Notes under the pieces: generated by a model | Databases searched by the model: none | What the model saw: only the letters and a program-made list of their open reading frames with translations | What the model was told of the DNA's origin: nothing | Assembly (NCBI RefSeq): GCF_001194135.2 | Contig: NC_068985.1 | Coordinates: forward strand, 71,850,730-71,914,729 | DNA from: Octopus bimaculoides | Taxonomy: Eukaryota | Direction: 5' to 3' | DNA: 64,000 nucleotides | Shown here: positions 12,389-24,429 of the stretch, piece after piece | Numbering within the stretch: the stretch's first letter is position 1 | Layout: every line of letters starts with the position of its first letter | Made by a program: the position numbers and the translations under genes

Positions 12389-12594
12389 CCCTTTAGCATT
12401 TAAACTGGCCACATGTGGCCGAGATACTCTGTTTTATGTACACACGGGCCAGATCTGGCATCTCACACCTGCCCTACAATGTCATTCTAAAAATATACAA
12501 TTACATCATTGAAATCTAAAAGTTACATGATTAATTCAAAATACTGCGGATAAATAAACATTACATTTGACAGAGAAATCTGAATGCTAATGGG
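12389..12594. mobile_element. piggyBac-type MITE inserted into the TTAA of a SINE B head
   Basis: TTAA duplicated at 12385-88 and 12595-98, with TIRs CCCTTTAGCATT / AATGCTAATGGG. The flanks rejoin as the SINE B motif GCTTC-TTAA-(C/T)CACACAG. Confidence 0.9.
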
Positions 12595-13071
12595 TTAATC
12601 ACACAGGTCATGACTCCACCTATATTTTCTTTGATATACTGTTTGATAGAATAACAGCAGGTTAGTCTTGGTTAGGATATCCTTGGTTATAGGTCAGCTA
12701 TTATCAAAGTTGACTGTGTTAAATATCAACAATAACAATGGCAACAGTACTGCGATAAAATTGGTGAAATAAAATAATGCAAAAATAAAAAAAAGATATT
12801 AATAGTTACAGAAGCAATTAGAAGAAAAAATTAACAACAACTGAAATTAACAAGGATGACAAACCACAATCGTAAGAACAAGACCAACAACAATATGAAC
12901 ACGGAAGCCACAATAACAATATGAACACGACATGAACGCAACGTGAAGAAACATAAGAATTTGTCCAGCTCTTGGAAACCTCGTTTCACTGGAGATAATT
13001 GAGAAGGAAGTAAAGTCCAATTAAAAAAAGAAAAAAATGGGACAACTACTACTACTACTACTACTACTTGC

Positions 13072-13152
13072 CTGTAATTGCTGTTCATTCAGGGTTATTC
13101 TAGGGCCAGAGGTTAATTTAAGCAACTCTGAATAATTGCTAACAGAAAAATG
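13072..13152 (-). CDS. Candidate exon ((HFSVS)NYSELLKLTSGPRITLNEQQLQ) ending at a GC donor
   Basis: Acceptors at 13153 or 13139 and donor CAG|GCAAGT. An 83-nt intron ends in TTTACTTCCTTCTCAATTATCTCCAG at 12989. Confidence 0.2.
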
Positions 13153-14892
13153 CTGGAATCAACATTAGCACTCTAAAAATCTGCTGTTTAAATTTGCAAT
13201 ACAAATTTTCCCTCAGCTTCAAGTCTGAAGGAATTACCAAAGACATCTTTCTTTCTCTCCTGTCTCCCCATCTCTCTCTCTCTTTCCTTTTCCTACCTCT
13301 CCTCCCCTCCCTCTTTATGTCACCCTGTCTGTCTTCCTCTGTCTCATTTACTTTCTTTTTTTTTTTCTTCTTTGGTCTTAAAGAAAGAAACATTTGGAAA
13401 CTGTTTTGTTTTCCAGTAGAATCCATTAATTCATTAGTGGCTTGTTTTAATGGAATGGATTTTTCCGATTTAAAACTTTAATATCGTTTCTTGTTTGTAG
13501 CCACTATTGTTTGTTTCTATTTGATTCAATTGTTGTCGCTGTGGTAATGAACTGATTTTTTTTCTTTTATATTGACTGATTTTTCTATGCTTTACTTCTG
13601 GGGAGATGGGAGCATATTCTTCAGATAGTTTTGTTGATGCTGAGCATTGAGCACAGATATTGAGCAGTATGAGGCTGAAAGAAGCTTCCTATCAACCAAA
13701 TTCACTAACCAGTTTGAACTCTCATTAGTAGTAGTAGTAGTAGAAGTTACTGTTGCTGTTGCTTAGCCCTTGGTCAACCTTCATTGAGCAGATCATAGAT
13801 CAAAAGTCATTTTGTATATTAAGCACTACATAATCCAGTGTTGTTCCCCCCCACTTCTATTTTTTAAGATCGCAAGGTTTGTTGACTTGAGGGTAATGTA
13901 ACAGCTATTTCTAGAAAGTTAACTAATTGCGTTCAAGCTTTCTGGTTGGCTTGATTCAGTTTTGTATTATTCAATCTCTTTATCATCCATCCATCTTACC
14001 TTCTTCAGAGGTTCTATAATCAAAAGCATTCCACCCATGATCATCCTGTCATTTTGTATATCAAAGACTAAATTTTCTAATGTGTCATTCCACTTATTTT
14101 AAAGTTAGTATGGTGTGAATTGAAGATAATTTGGCTGTTATTACTAGCAGTTGAAGTGGTTGCATAGACTTCTTTGTTGGCTCATTTTGGTTTTCTGTAA
14201 TTTTATTTAGCCCTAGGTTTGCCCACATTGAGCAGACCCCTATGATCAAAGGCATTTCAGCTATGATTCTCTTACCCCTTCCCTCTACCTTTTTTTTTTT
14301 ATTCAGAAACTGTGCATGTATTTAGGACTGCATCATCTAATATGTCCTAACAGTGAGTTGGAAATTGAAGGATATTTGGCTGTTATGGTTTAATTACAGG
14401 TCAAGCCACAACATAGGAGCTCCCTCCCTCATTGATTCAAATAATTCCTTCAGTTTCAGAGAGATTCATTGAATTATAGTGCTCAACTTAGGAGTTGATG
14501 AGAAAATTTTCCTAGATCTGTAAAGAGTAAAAATGTCAAATATTTTACAATATTGCATGACATAATGAATTCCTCTAACATCAATCTAGTTTGACAGAGT
14601 AGAAACAGCATCCAATGAAACTGGTGGCGGCTTGTGCGTGCAATAATTAGTCTATGATAGAGATTTTGTAGAGTTTGATATATTGAATTATTGTAAGCAG
14701 GGCCAATGAGAAGAGACTGCAAGTGGCTACATTGTACACAGACTTGGAAATTTCCTGGGATTTGAACATTTTTGCATATACTAAAGATCTGTTCACAGAA
14801 AGGAAAGAAATCTGGAAAAAAAATTGTGTATTCCTTGATAACATTCCTGTCAGAATCTCTAACCATGAGGAGAGAAGAATATAATGGGTTAA

Positions 14893-15352
14893 TCCTTTAG
14901 CATTCAGTTTACTTTGTCATATGTACATTATATATTCCATAGTCTGGCTGACTGTTGGGGCACCACTGCTGACTTTGCGACCAGATCACTCCACCCATCT
15001 CTGTCTTCTGCCTCTCGCACTGTGTCTTTCATCTTTAAGCCTGTCCTCTCATGGAGGTTGTTTTTCCACCTCTTTTTCTGTCTACCTCTGCATCTGCCAC
15101 CTTTCACTGTTCCCTGAAGGATTGTTTTGGCCATCCCTACAAGATGACAATCAGAGTTGTCATATGTACTACTTATTGATTCAGAGTGTTTTGAAATAAT
15201 CATGCATTATCTTGTGGCTTTGGGGTTTCACTGATGTTGTTTACTTTTAGACTGACACAGCAGGGTAGATGCAAGAGGCTGGATCTGGCTGGTTTAAATG
15301 TAAAACAGGTAGAATATTTCGGCTAGGTATCACCAATTTGAATGCTAAAGGG
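14893..15352. mobile_element. piggyBac-type MITE interrupted by an RTE fragment
   Basis: TTAA at 14889-92 and 15353-56. Same TIRs as 12389-12594, in opposite orientation. Confidence 0.85.
14927..15156 (-). mobile_element. 230-bp 5'-truncated RTE/BovB-like LINE with 13-bp TSD
   Basis: Peptide MAKTILQGTVKGGRCRGRQKKRWKNNLHERTGL... The TSD TTGTCATATGTAC is at 14914-14926 and 15157-15169. Confidence 0.93.
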
Positions 15353-15458
15353 TTAAGACATTTGCTCTTCATATAAGAATAAAGGAGAAAGAGGACACCA
15401 CTTTTTCTCTCCTCCTCTGATGAAGTAAAACACTAAATCCTTCTCACTTTGCAGCAAG

Positions 15459-15516
15459 CTCTTCTATAAAGTCACCCTCTTCTATAAAGTCACCCTCTTC
15501 TATAAAGTCACCCTCT
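15459..15516. repeat. Perfect 18-bp tandem repeat, 3.2 copies (CTCTTCTATAAAGTCACC)
   Basis: Read directly from the sequence. Confidence 0.97.
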
Positions 15517-15649
15517 ATTCTTTGACTTCTTTCAGTCATTTGATTGTGGCCATGCTAGAGCACCACTTTTCTTTACCATTTTTTAGTTTTGTTGTTTTCT
15601 TTAAACATAAATTTGTCAAATAATTAATCTTTCTATAACTTTTATTCAT

Positions 15650-15680
15650 ATACTTATTTTCTTTTCTTTTGCAGGTAAGT
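15650..15680 (+). other. Putative recursive splice site (polypyrimidine-CAG|GTAAGT)
   Basis: TACTTATTTTCTTTTCTTTTGCAG|GTAAGT, with AG at 15673-74 and GT at 15675-76. Confidence 0.45.
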
Positions 15681-16235
15681 TGTTGACCTTGGTGAAATAT
15701 AATAATAATAATGACTGCCTGGTGGATTATTTTCCTTGAGCTTTTGACAGTTTATTGGGTATGTTTGTTTTTCTTCTGAGGTATTCTTTCAAAAACACAA
15801 ACTAACACCGCAACATAAAAACACAGCTACCATGTTAACTGCCACCTACAGCGACAGCAGCAGAAGTAGCAGCATCTACAACAAACAAAAATTACAGTCT
15901 GATGGAATATTGACTGACTTAATAGATACTGAGATATGTATGCTTTTTTTTTTGCTTTTTTTTCCCCCCAACTTTTCTAATTAACATTTTCGTTGTACAG
16001 TAGATCTAAAAACTGACTGACTGATAGCTAATTAAAAGTATTAACAAGGAGAACTTAAAAGAATCATATGATAGCTGTAATAACTGAAATAGGAAATTAA
16101 CCATATGACAAGGCAACTGCATCGTAAAAGAAGTTCTGATTTCTACTCCTTTTCCATCTCGTCTTTCCCATCATTTATTATCTTCATCATCATCCCCACC
16201 ACCAGCTCCACAGTAACAACAACAACAACAACAAC

Positions 16236-16267
<32 letters not shown>

Positions 16268-16689
16268 TAATAACAAATGATAACAACACTGTTAATTATA
16301 ATAAATGAAATAAAATAGATGTAATGTCTGTTTTTCCTATTCTCACTGTGCATTAGAAATCTTGTCTTACTGAAGGGTATTGAGATCTAGTAATCATTAG
16401 ATGATACAGAGCATAAGTAGGTAGAGGTGGTAGGTTTATTATATGTGCGTGTTTGTGTGTATTCTATATCCTTTCTAGCATTAACTACAGTATATGAGAG
16501 AGAGATTTATTTTGGCATGAATCCATTAAGTTACAAGGTAAGGAGTATAGTTGACTGAATTGGTCCTTGTGCATCACTGGTGTGTATTTTATCAACCCCA
16601 AGGAAGACAAACTTGTGAAGGCACTTCTATGTAACTGTTGCTAGATTTGCTTGAAATAGCAGCCAAATCTCACTGAAATCACTTCATAC

Positions 16690-16945
16690 AATGTTCTCTG
16701 CACTTCAGAGCTGCCAGGTTCTTGTAACACTTGCCGCTCAGCCACTTTCAACTCATGCAGCTCTTCTCTCTCAACAAGCATGTTGTGTTCTTCCTATCTC
16801 CTAGGCTCTGCACTAACAACTGTGCAGGCCTTTCTCTCCAGAACATTGAACCTCTGGAATTCCTTCTCTTCACATGTTTTCCAGCAATCATAGACATCCA
16901 GCAGTTTAAGGAGTGAGGTGGCATTAACAGCATCTGTTGTACTAA
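16690..16945 (+). mobile_element. Decayed Jockey/CR1-group LINE ORF2 3' end
   Basis: Translation ...AFLSRTLNLWNSFSSHVF(P)AIIDIQQFKE resembles the SFFPRT..LWNSLP..VFP..Y.L..FK ending of this LINE group. Confidence 0.6.
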
Positions 16946-17059
16946 TCTTGAAGGGCCTTTGCACTCCTTGGCCACAACCTCTTCCTTTAAATTTAATTAT
17001 TAAGAAAGCAATATAAATGATATTGTGATCAAATACACCATGACCCCCTTCTCTGTCAC

Positions 17060-17362
17060 TTGGTGTAAATGCCACTAAGCATTTTGCTCAGCATGCTAAT
17101 GATTCTGCCAACTCACTGCCTTAATAATAATAATAATAATCATCATCCTTTCTACTGGATGCACAAGGCTTGAAATTTCTGGAGAGTGGGATAATCGATT
17201 GCATTAACCCCAGTGCTCAACTGGTGCTTATTTTATTGACCTCAAAAGGATGAAAGGCAAAGTTGGCCCCAGCGGAATTTGAACTCAGAACGTTAAAACA
17301 GCCAAAACATGACTAAGCATTTTGCTCAGCATGATAATGATTCTGCCAGCACACCACCTTAA
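17060..17362 (-). mobile_element. Two tandem SINE A copies (one partial) separated by (AAT)n
   Basis: Heads end at about 17122 and 17362, each followed on + by AATAATAAT. Confidence 0.85.
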
Positions 17363-17573
17363 TAATAATTATATTTTCTTTAATACCAATTATAAATTAA
17401 AAGATGCACACATCTATTCCCCATGTGTATACAGATAATCCATCCCCACCACCAGACAAACTAACTGATAATCCAACTCAGTGATAAATTATACTAGAAA
17501 GAATTGAAAAAGATAAACGGAATTCATTAAAAACTGAGGAATTTCTAGAAGTAAGATTTATGTATATATATAT

Positions 17574-18181
17574 CATCATCATCATCATCATCATCATCGT
17601 TTAACGTCCGCCTTCCATGCTAGCATGGGTTGGACGATTTGACTGAGGACTGGTGAAACCGGATGGCAACACCAGGCTCCAATCTAATTTGGCAGAGTTT
17701 CTAAAGCTGGATGCCCTTCCTAACGCCAACCACTCAGAGNNNNNNNNNNNNNNNNNNNNNNNNNNNNNNNNNNNNNNNNNNNNNNNNNNNNNNNNNNNNN
17801 NNNNNNNNNNNNNNNNNNNNNNNNNNNNNNNNNNNNNNNNNNNNNNNNNNNNNNNNNNNNNNNNNNNNNNNNNNNNNNNNNNNNNNNNNNNNNNNNNNNN
17901 NNNNNNNNNNNNNNNNNNNNNNNNNNNNNNNNNCCCGCACAAGAGCCAGTCCAGGGGCACCGGCAACGATCTCGCTCGAAAAACCTCATGTGTCACTCGC
18001 ACAAGAGCCAGTCCATGGGCACTGGCAACGATCTCGCACGAAAGATTTCATGTGTCGCCCACACATGGGCCAGTCCGGGGGCACTGGCAAACGATCCCGC
18101 TTGAAAGACCCCATGTGTCGCCCGCAAGCCGGCCCAGGGGCACCGGCAACGATCTCGCTCAAAAGAGTTCATGTGTCGCCC
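17574..18181 (-). mobile_element. RTE-3'-related element (family C) with (GAT)n tail and a 62-bp tandem hairpin array; contains an assembly gap
   Basis: Reverse complement of the 9530-9708 tail. Four units of about 62 bp at 17937-18181. Further family C copies lie at about 18510-18815, 25480-25870, 26520-26900, 36870-37110 (-) and 41330-41510, 41660-41880, 48545-48690 (+). Confidence 0.88.
17740..17933. other. Assembly gap. Other gaps: 19625-19734, 37359-37660, 39024-39751, 45152-45448, 54106-54388.
   Basis: Runs of N, each next to a tandem, microsatellite or palindromic sequence. Confidence 0.99.
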
Positions 18182-19539
18182 GCATATATATATATATATA
18201 TATATATTTTGATGAAATGGTGTTTACAGAAAACCAACTCTCATTCAGTGTAGCAATATGATTTCTTGTAATCTGCTGTCTATATCAGGGCAGCTCTGCT
18301 ACAGAAATACATTCAAAGGATACTGCCGAGAATTTCCAGAGAAAATTGTCCATTACCATTACCATTACTATCTATAAATTGAAGACAAGCTAGTGTGGCA
18401 GGCCTCTGTGTGGTTACTCTATTTGCTAGAAATAGTTGTCAAATCTCCCTTAAGTCATATCTTATCATCTTAAAAAGAGGGTTTGTTGGATATTATGGTC
18501 CTAGGTTCTCTATCATCATCATCATCATTATCATTTAACGTTCGTTTTCCATGCTGACATGGATTGGATGGCTTGACAGGAGCTGGCTAAGCAGAAGACT
18601 GCACCAGGCTTCACTGTTTCCTGGCATGGTCTTTAGCGCTGGATGACCTTCCTAACACCAACCACCTTGCAGAGTTGACTGAATGCTTTTTACATGGCAC
18701 CAGCACCAGTAAGGCCTGTTTTGGCATGGTTTTTACAGCTAGATGCCTTTCTAAGCACCAACCACTTTACAATGTGGACTGGATGCTTTTTTATGTGGCA
18801 CCAGCACTAGCAGGTCTCTACACATAGGACAAAAAAAGAAAAGAGAGGATGCTCATTGCTGGAATATCTTTGATCAAGGATGTATTTTGTGAGGGGTGAC
18901 TTGCCTGAACAACTACAAAAAAAACAACCCAGTCTTTTACTCTGTCACTTGCAATACTTTTATGCTTTAGTGCATCACACTGCTTGCAAGCAACTCTGCT
19001 TATAAAATTGCATCAGAGCCACCTAGTCTCTTGTTACCACTCCATAATCAAGATAGCTTAGCATGCATACCTGCATGCCGACACATTACCAGCTTACATC
19101 AACTTATAACTTCACACTGGAAACATACCAGAACTCACTCTCTCACCAAATCTTTCTATTTTTTTATGCTTGCAATTAGTTACACATACATCATCATCAA
19201 GTATTTTCTACTCGCAGCGGGTTGAATTCCAGGGTTTGCTATCGTGTTCTTTCATGGGACCAGCAAAAATAAGTTAAGATAATAGCATTAGGAAAAACAA
19301 AAGAAAGCAAATCTGCCCTCCTATTAAACTAATGGAAACATCAACCACAAAAATAACACAGTATGTACTAACTATATCATCATATTAAGCCTATTTAATA
19401 CTTATTTCAGCTTTGTCTGTGTGTGTGCACATGTGTGTGTATGTGTGTGCACATGTGTGTGTGTAACCTAAATGTAAAAAAATAATTTGGAATAGAAATA
19501 AGCTATTTTAATACATTAATATTAAATTATTTCTATATA

Positions 19540-19591
19540 TACATATATAGTACATATATACGTATATATAGTACATATATATGTGTATATA

Positions 19592-19624
<33 letters not shown>

Positions 19625-19890
19625 NNNNNNNNNNNNNNNNNNNNNNNNNNNNNNNNNNNNNNNNNNNNNNNNNNNNNNNNNNNNNNNNNNNNNNNNNNNN
19701 NNNNNNNNNNNNNNNNNNNNNNNNNNNNNNNNNNTATATATAGTACATATATATATATATGTATATATAGTACATATATATATGTATATATAGTACATAT
19801 ATATATGTATATATAGTACATATATATATGTATATATAGTACATATATATATGTATATATAGTACACACACACACATATATATAGTACAA
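19540..19890. repeat. AT-rich minisatellite, unit about TATATAGTACATATATATATG, spanning a gap
   Basis: Read directly from the sequence. Confidence 0.9.
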
Positions 19891-21059
19891 TTTATTAATA
19901 CTAAATCTATTTCCTTTTTTCTTCAATATTGTAATTTCACCCTTTTTGTTATTACTGTTTTTTTCTCTTTGCTTTAAATACATATGTTCCCTTGTTATAA
20001 AATATTTATATTCCTTCAATTTTTTTTTATTAGTTATTTATGTCTTTTAATTCAAGTGTCATCATCATCATTATCTTCATTATTGACAAAGACATTGGTA
20101 AAATTAATGTTTTAAAATCAGATAAAAAAAAAAAATCACTTCAGGTTCTTTTTTTTTTTTTCTATGAAAATATACCATTTTCATATTTTTTGTTTTGTTT
20201 TGTTTTGTTTTTTTCAACCTAAGCATAAAACTATTTTCCCATCATCGATGTTCTCAAAATAAATTACAAAATAAATCACTAAAGAAATAAATACATAAAT
20301 AAAACCAAAAGTACTAACAAAAATACAGAGAAGCAGTGTTTAATAGTCTTTTGACAGTCTAGAGATAGCATTTGTGTGTGTGACTGAGTTATGGATATCT
20401 GTTTATATTATTTAAAGAACCTAAGCTAGATTTCTTTAAATTGCCTTATATCCATCCATTCATCTATCCTTCTATCCAGCCATCCACCCACACACCTGCC
20501 CATCCATTAGCTCTTCAAAGAACAGTAATTATTTGTATATTGAGTTCTAACGAACATTTAATTGTTCTGCAAAGTACAATCTTGTGGCTCTGTGGTAAGA
20601 AGCTTGTTTCCCCACCACATGGTTTGGGGTTCAGTCTCATTGCATTGCACCTTGGGCAAGTGTCTTCTACTATAGCCTTGGGTCGACCAAAACCTTGTGA
20701 GTGGAATTGGTAAATGGAAACTGAAAGAAGCCCCTAAATACTGAGGCTGATTTGTTCAACTAGAACCCTTCAAGACAGTGAACCACAATTCCTTATGGCT
20801 GAAATTCGGCAGATGAAAACTGTGTGGAATCCCAGAGTGAGTTAGCATAGATACCTCATTGCAGCTTTGTCCTTAAAGGGGTGTAACTCAATATACATAT
20901 GTAAAATGAGGCATTTGATATATGGAGGTCAATCAAATGAATTGCATCCAAACTACTGGGGGATTGATGATATCATTTTCTAAAGCCATTTGAAAGTTAT
21001 ATCTTACAATGACTGTAATTCAGTAATTGAAACTATTAAAAGAGTAAAAGAATATATAT

Positions 21060-21520
21060 TCATGGGAAATTTTGATCGGGGACTGTTGCTGTTGTCGCAG
21101 TTGCTTCCAGAATCAAAGAGAGAGAGTCAATGAGAGATTGAAGAGAGGATGATGATTCCCTTTAAGAGGAGAACGACTGAGCTCTGTTTAGTTACAGGAT
21201 GCCTTTTGGCAAGGTACAGTTCTATTCAGCCATTCTATGGGGGATATGGCCAAGTCATAGGGCTGCAGCATGGCAGATTGGGAAGAGATAGCAGAAGAAT
21301 TCAACTGAGCCAATGGTGCTTCTTACAGTGATGCTGAATGGAGGAATCTTAGAAGGTCAATGGTCTGGGTCATCAAAGTCTATCAAAAGAGTAACTGCAA
21401 TGCATCCATAGGGGTGGCATCCACAGTTGTGTAATCAACTAATGAGAGGTTCACTATGACTCAAGCTTCCAATTCAAATTCATTGCAATGGAACTGGATG
21501 GAAACAGGGGGTCATGGGAA
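21060..21520 (-). mobile_element. Possible heavily decayed LINE ORF2 remnant
   Basis: GC-richer coding-like stretch with many stops and only weak resemblance to Jockey/I-group RT C-terminal text (TPMDALQLLF, LSSISH*LSLF). Confidence 0.3.
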
Positions 21521-23117
21521 TCCGCAAAAGCAGTAAAGAAAGAAAATATATTAAACATCTCTACTACCAACACTAATGCTACAAACACCACCTCTAACAT
21601 GACCAATATCTACAACCCCAACAACGCTACTCAATAACACGAGTAACATTGCTAACCACCCCACAGTAACCACTGTGAACAACAACCATTACATGCTAAC
21701 AAGGAAGCCTCTGTATGGTTGTTTTACCTACTAGGAGTAGTTTCATCGATGCATGCCCCTAAATAGATGAGATGATCATGACTGGAATGCTTTTGATTAT
21801 AGATTTGCTCAGTCACCACCACCACCACCACTTCAACAACACCATCAAGGATATTACAAACAGTACTATCACCACCACCTCCACCACACCTCTTCCTATT
21901 ATACCCACCCCCTCATCTATTTGCAGATAATGTTCTTATCTGTCCTCCTCAAGCTTCTCTACCATTTAATTTGCTCCTATGTAATTGATAGTATCTTTAC
22001 CTTACTCTTATCTATCATCTTAATTACATAATGTTGTTTCAGTGTATACCTAAAGAATTTTAGGTTCTCTTTCTTTGGTTTTGGTTTGTGGTTTTCATTC
22101 CCTTACCAATTCTACCATTGTATATATGTGTTTGTGTATGTTTGTATCTCTAACTTCCCTTTACCATTTCATCCACCGCCACCATCTATCTCTTTCTATC
22201 TCTTTTCTACAGCTGTCTGTATATATATGTATGTGTTTCCTTATCATTTCATCTACTACCATTCTTTTTTCTCTCTCACCATTTCTACCATTGTGTATGA
22301 GCATCTCTTTCTTTTAGCATTTTATCCAATACCACGTCTCTCTTCAACAATAAATTCTACCACTGGATGTGTCTCTCTTACTATTTTGTCTACCACCATA
22401 CATCTCTCTCTCCCTTACAATTCCTCCACCACCACCACCACCCTCTCTCTGTGTCTCTCTGTGTATTTTGAGTAATTCTTCATTGCACTCACAACAGCAC
22501 TGTGATTTTGAATGTGTGGCATATGAGTATCTATAGCAACACCTGGCACCAGTAAAACACCTGTTTCTATTAGATAATCCCTAAAAAAAAAACTTAAAAG
22601 TAAGAAAGGTAAGTTTGATTGAGTGCCAAAGGTTGGTTGCTACTGGCATTGAAATAATTGAATTGGTGGTGTTAGCTTACTGTGAGAATCAATGTGAAGG
22701 ACAGTGAGATATCTTCCCTCGAAAAACAATTCTTCCTTCTTTTACTGGTTTCAGTCAATAGAGCAGATAACATTTGGGTATCACCTTCTAGTCTCTTATC
22801 TCATCCTCCACCTCCATTCCAATATTGCTACTGAGCTGTATACACTGTATTGATTGATGTTTATGTTATCAACTATGAAAAGATGAAAGGCAAAGATGGG
22901 ATTTGAAACCAGAATGTAAAGGGACTTAATCAAATACTACAAGGTATTTTGACCAACACCCTATTGATCCTGTTCTCTATTTTGTTTGTTCTCTATATTC
23001 ATTTTGAATTAGTCAAAGGTAAAGCAGTATGATTTGGCCTTTGTAAGTTCTCACTCTGTTAGATCGATGAGGTTAATGCTCAGCCTGAAGTATTTGCAGA
23101 TTATAGTGTTTGTTCTT

Positions 23118-23490
23118 TTATTCTTTTACTTGTTTCAGTCATTTGACTGCAGCCATGCTGGAGCACTGCCTTGAGGGGTTTTAATCACATGAATCAACCC
23201 CAGGACATCTTTTTTTAAGCCTAGTACTTATTCTCTTTTGCTGAACTGCTAAGCTATGGGAACATAAACATACGAGCATCAGCTGTCAAGCAATTGCTGG
23301 GGAACAAACACACACACACACACACACACATATATGATGAGCTTCTTTCAGTTTCCATGTACCAAATCCACCCACAAGGCTTTACTCAGCCCAAGGTTAT
23401 AGCAGAAGACACTTACCCAAGGTGCTATACAGTGGGACTGAACTCAGAACTATATGGTTGGGAAGCAAACTTCTTACCACACAGCTATGT
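23118..23490 (-). mobile_element. SINE family B, full length
   Basis: Tail CTTTTACTTGTTTCAGTC, (CA)n centre, head ...CTTCTTACCACACAGCTATG. Confidence 0.9.
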
Positions 23491-23747
23491 CTAAATGTGG
23501 ACATGGTGTAGAAGTATAGATCATACATACATTTTCGGTCATCACTCTGTTGTGATACACTTGTGTTCTATGCATTGTTGTGAATATGCTGCAATTTTAC
23601 AAAGCTATTCTAAATGCCAACATTTTCAGAAATATATCCTAACATTTTATGACTAGTTTTTAATGCATTGCACCAATTAATATGCATTCCTTTGCAGCAT
23701 ATTGCAATGTGTGTGTCCATTTCTGTTTTAAAACAATTTAAATACTA

Positions 23748-23942
23748 TATGACGCAAACTAGAAAATGTTATTTTTTTGGAATGCAGTATCGCAATTAGA
23801 ACAGCAGAAATAATGGGTAAACTACCCTTACAAGGCAGAAAAAGTTGTCAACAAACAGCCTTGTAAAGGTAATTTACCTATTATTTCTGCTGCTCTAATG
23901 GCAATACTGTGTTTGAAAAAATATCTTCTTGTTTGTATCATA
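23748..23942. repeat. Imperfect inverted repeat (about 88-bp arms, 21-bp spacer), probable old MITE
   Basis: GCAGAAATAATGGGTAAACTACCCTTACAAGGC pairs with GCCTTGTAAAGGTAATTTACCTATTATTTCTGC, and pairing extends to TATGAC../..ATCATA. Confidence 0.8.
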
Positions 23943-24429
23943 CGATACACATTTTGACACTTGTAATAAAACCAAATCTAAGTTTGTTTATATTTATACA
24001 CACATAATTTAAATACTGATTTTCATATAAAACTACTGTGTTCTCTAGTACTTTCAGTACCATATTCCGTGGATAGAAAATGGCTTAAAATTGCTATAAA
24101 GTTTGCAGTTCTTGGGATGAAGATAGGTTTTTTTGCAGTGTTTAGTGTAAAGTCTGGCAAGTGAATTCTAATAAGGGTTGTATATGAGATGTGCAGATGA
24201 GACAAATAAGCTTGTGAGCAGTTTTATACCAAATATATCATCAGGTGTTAGCAGAAAGTATCATAACAACACAATGAGACAATGGGACCAAAGCCATTAT
24301 ATTGTTTTAATTCCTATTTGAAAACCTTGACAAATGCAGGAATACCAATGTCTCAAGTATTTTCTTTTTTGTATACATGCAACTTTTGTATGTTATATAA
24401 CAAAAAATAACAATAGTAGTAGCAGTAGT

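Noticed and set aside
14483-14883. 127-aa minus-strand ORF and an overlapping 66-codon plus-strand open stretch
   Set aside because: No recognisable domain or convincing splice pair. About one ORF of this size is expected by chance in 64 kb.
15417-15445. CTGATGA matches here and at about 32477, 38626 and 48365(-)
   Set aside because: No correctly placed GAAA, stem III and stem I, so they were not called hammerheads.
17937-18181. CRISPR-like repeat-spacer appearance
   Set aside because: Eukaryotic retroelement context, whole units are homologous with no unique spacers, and there are no cas genes.
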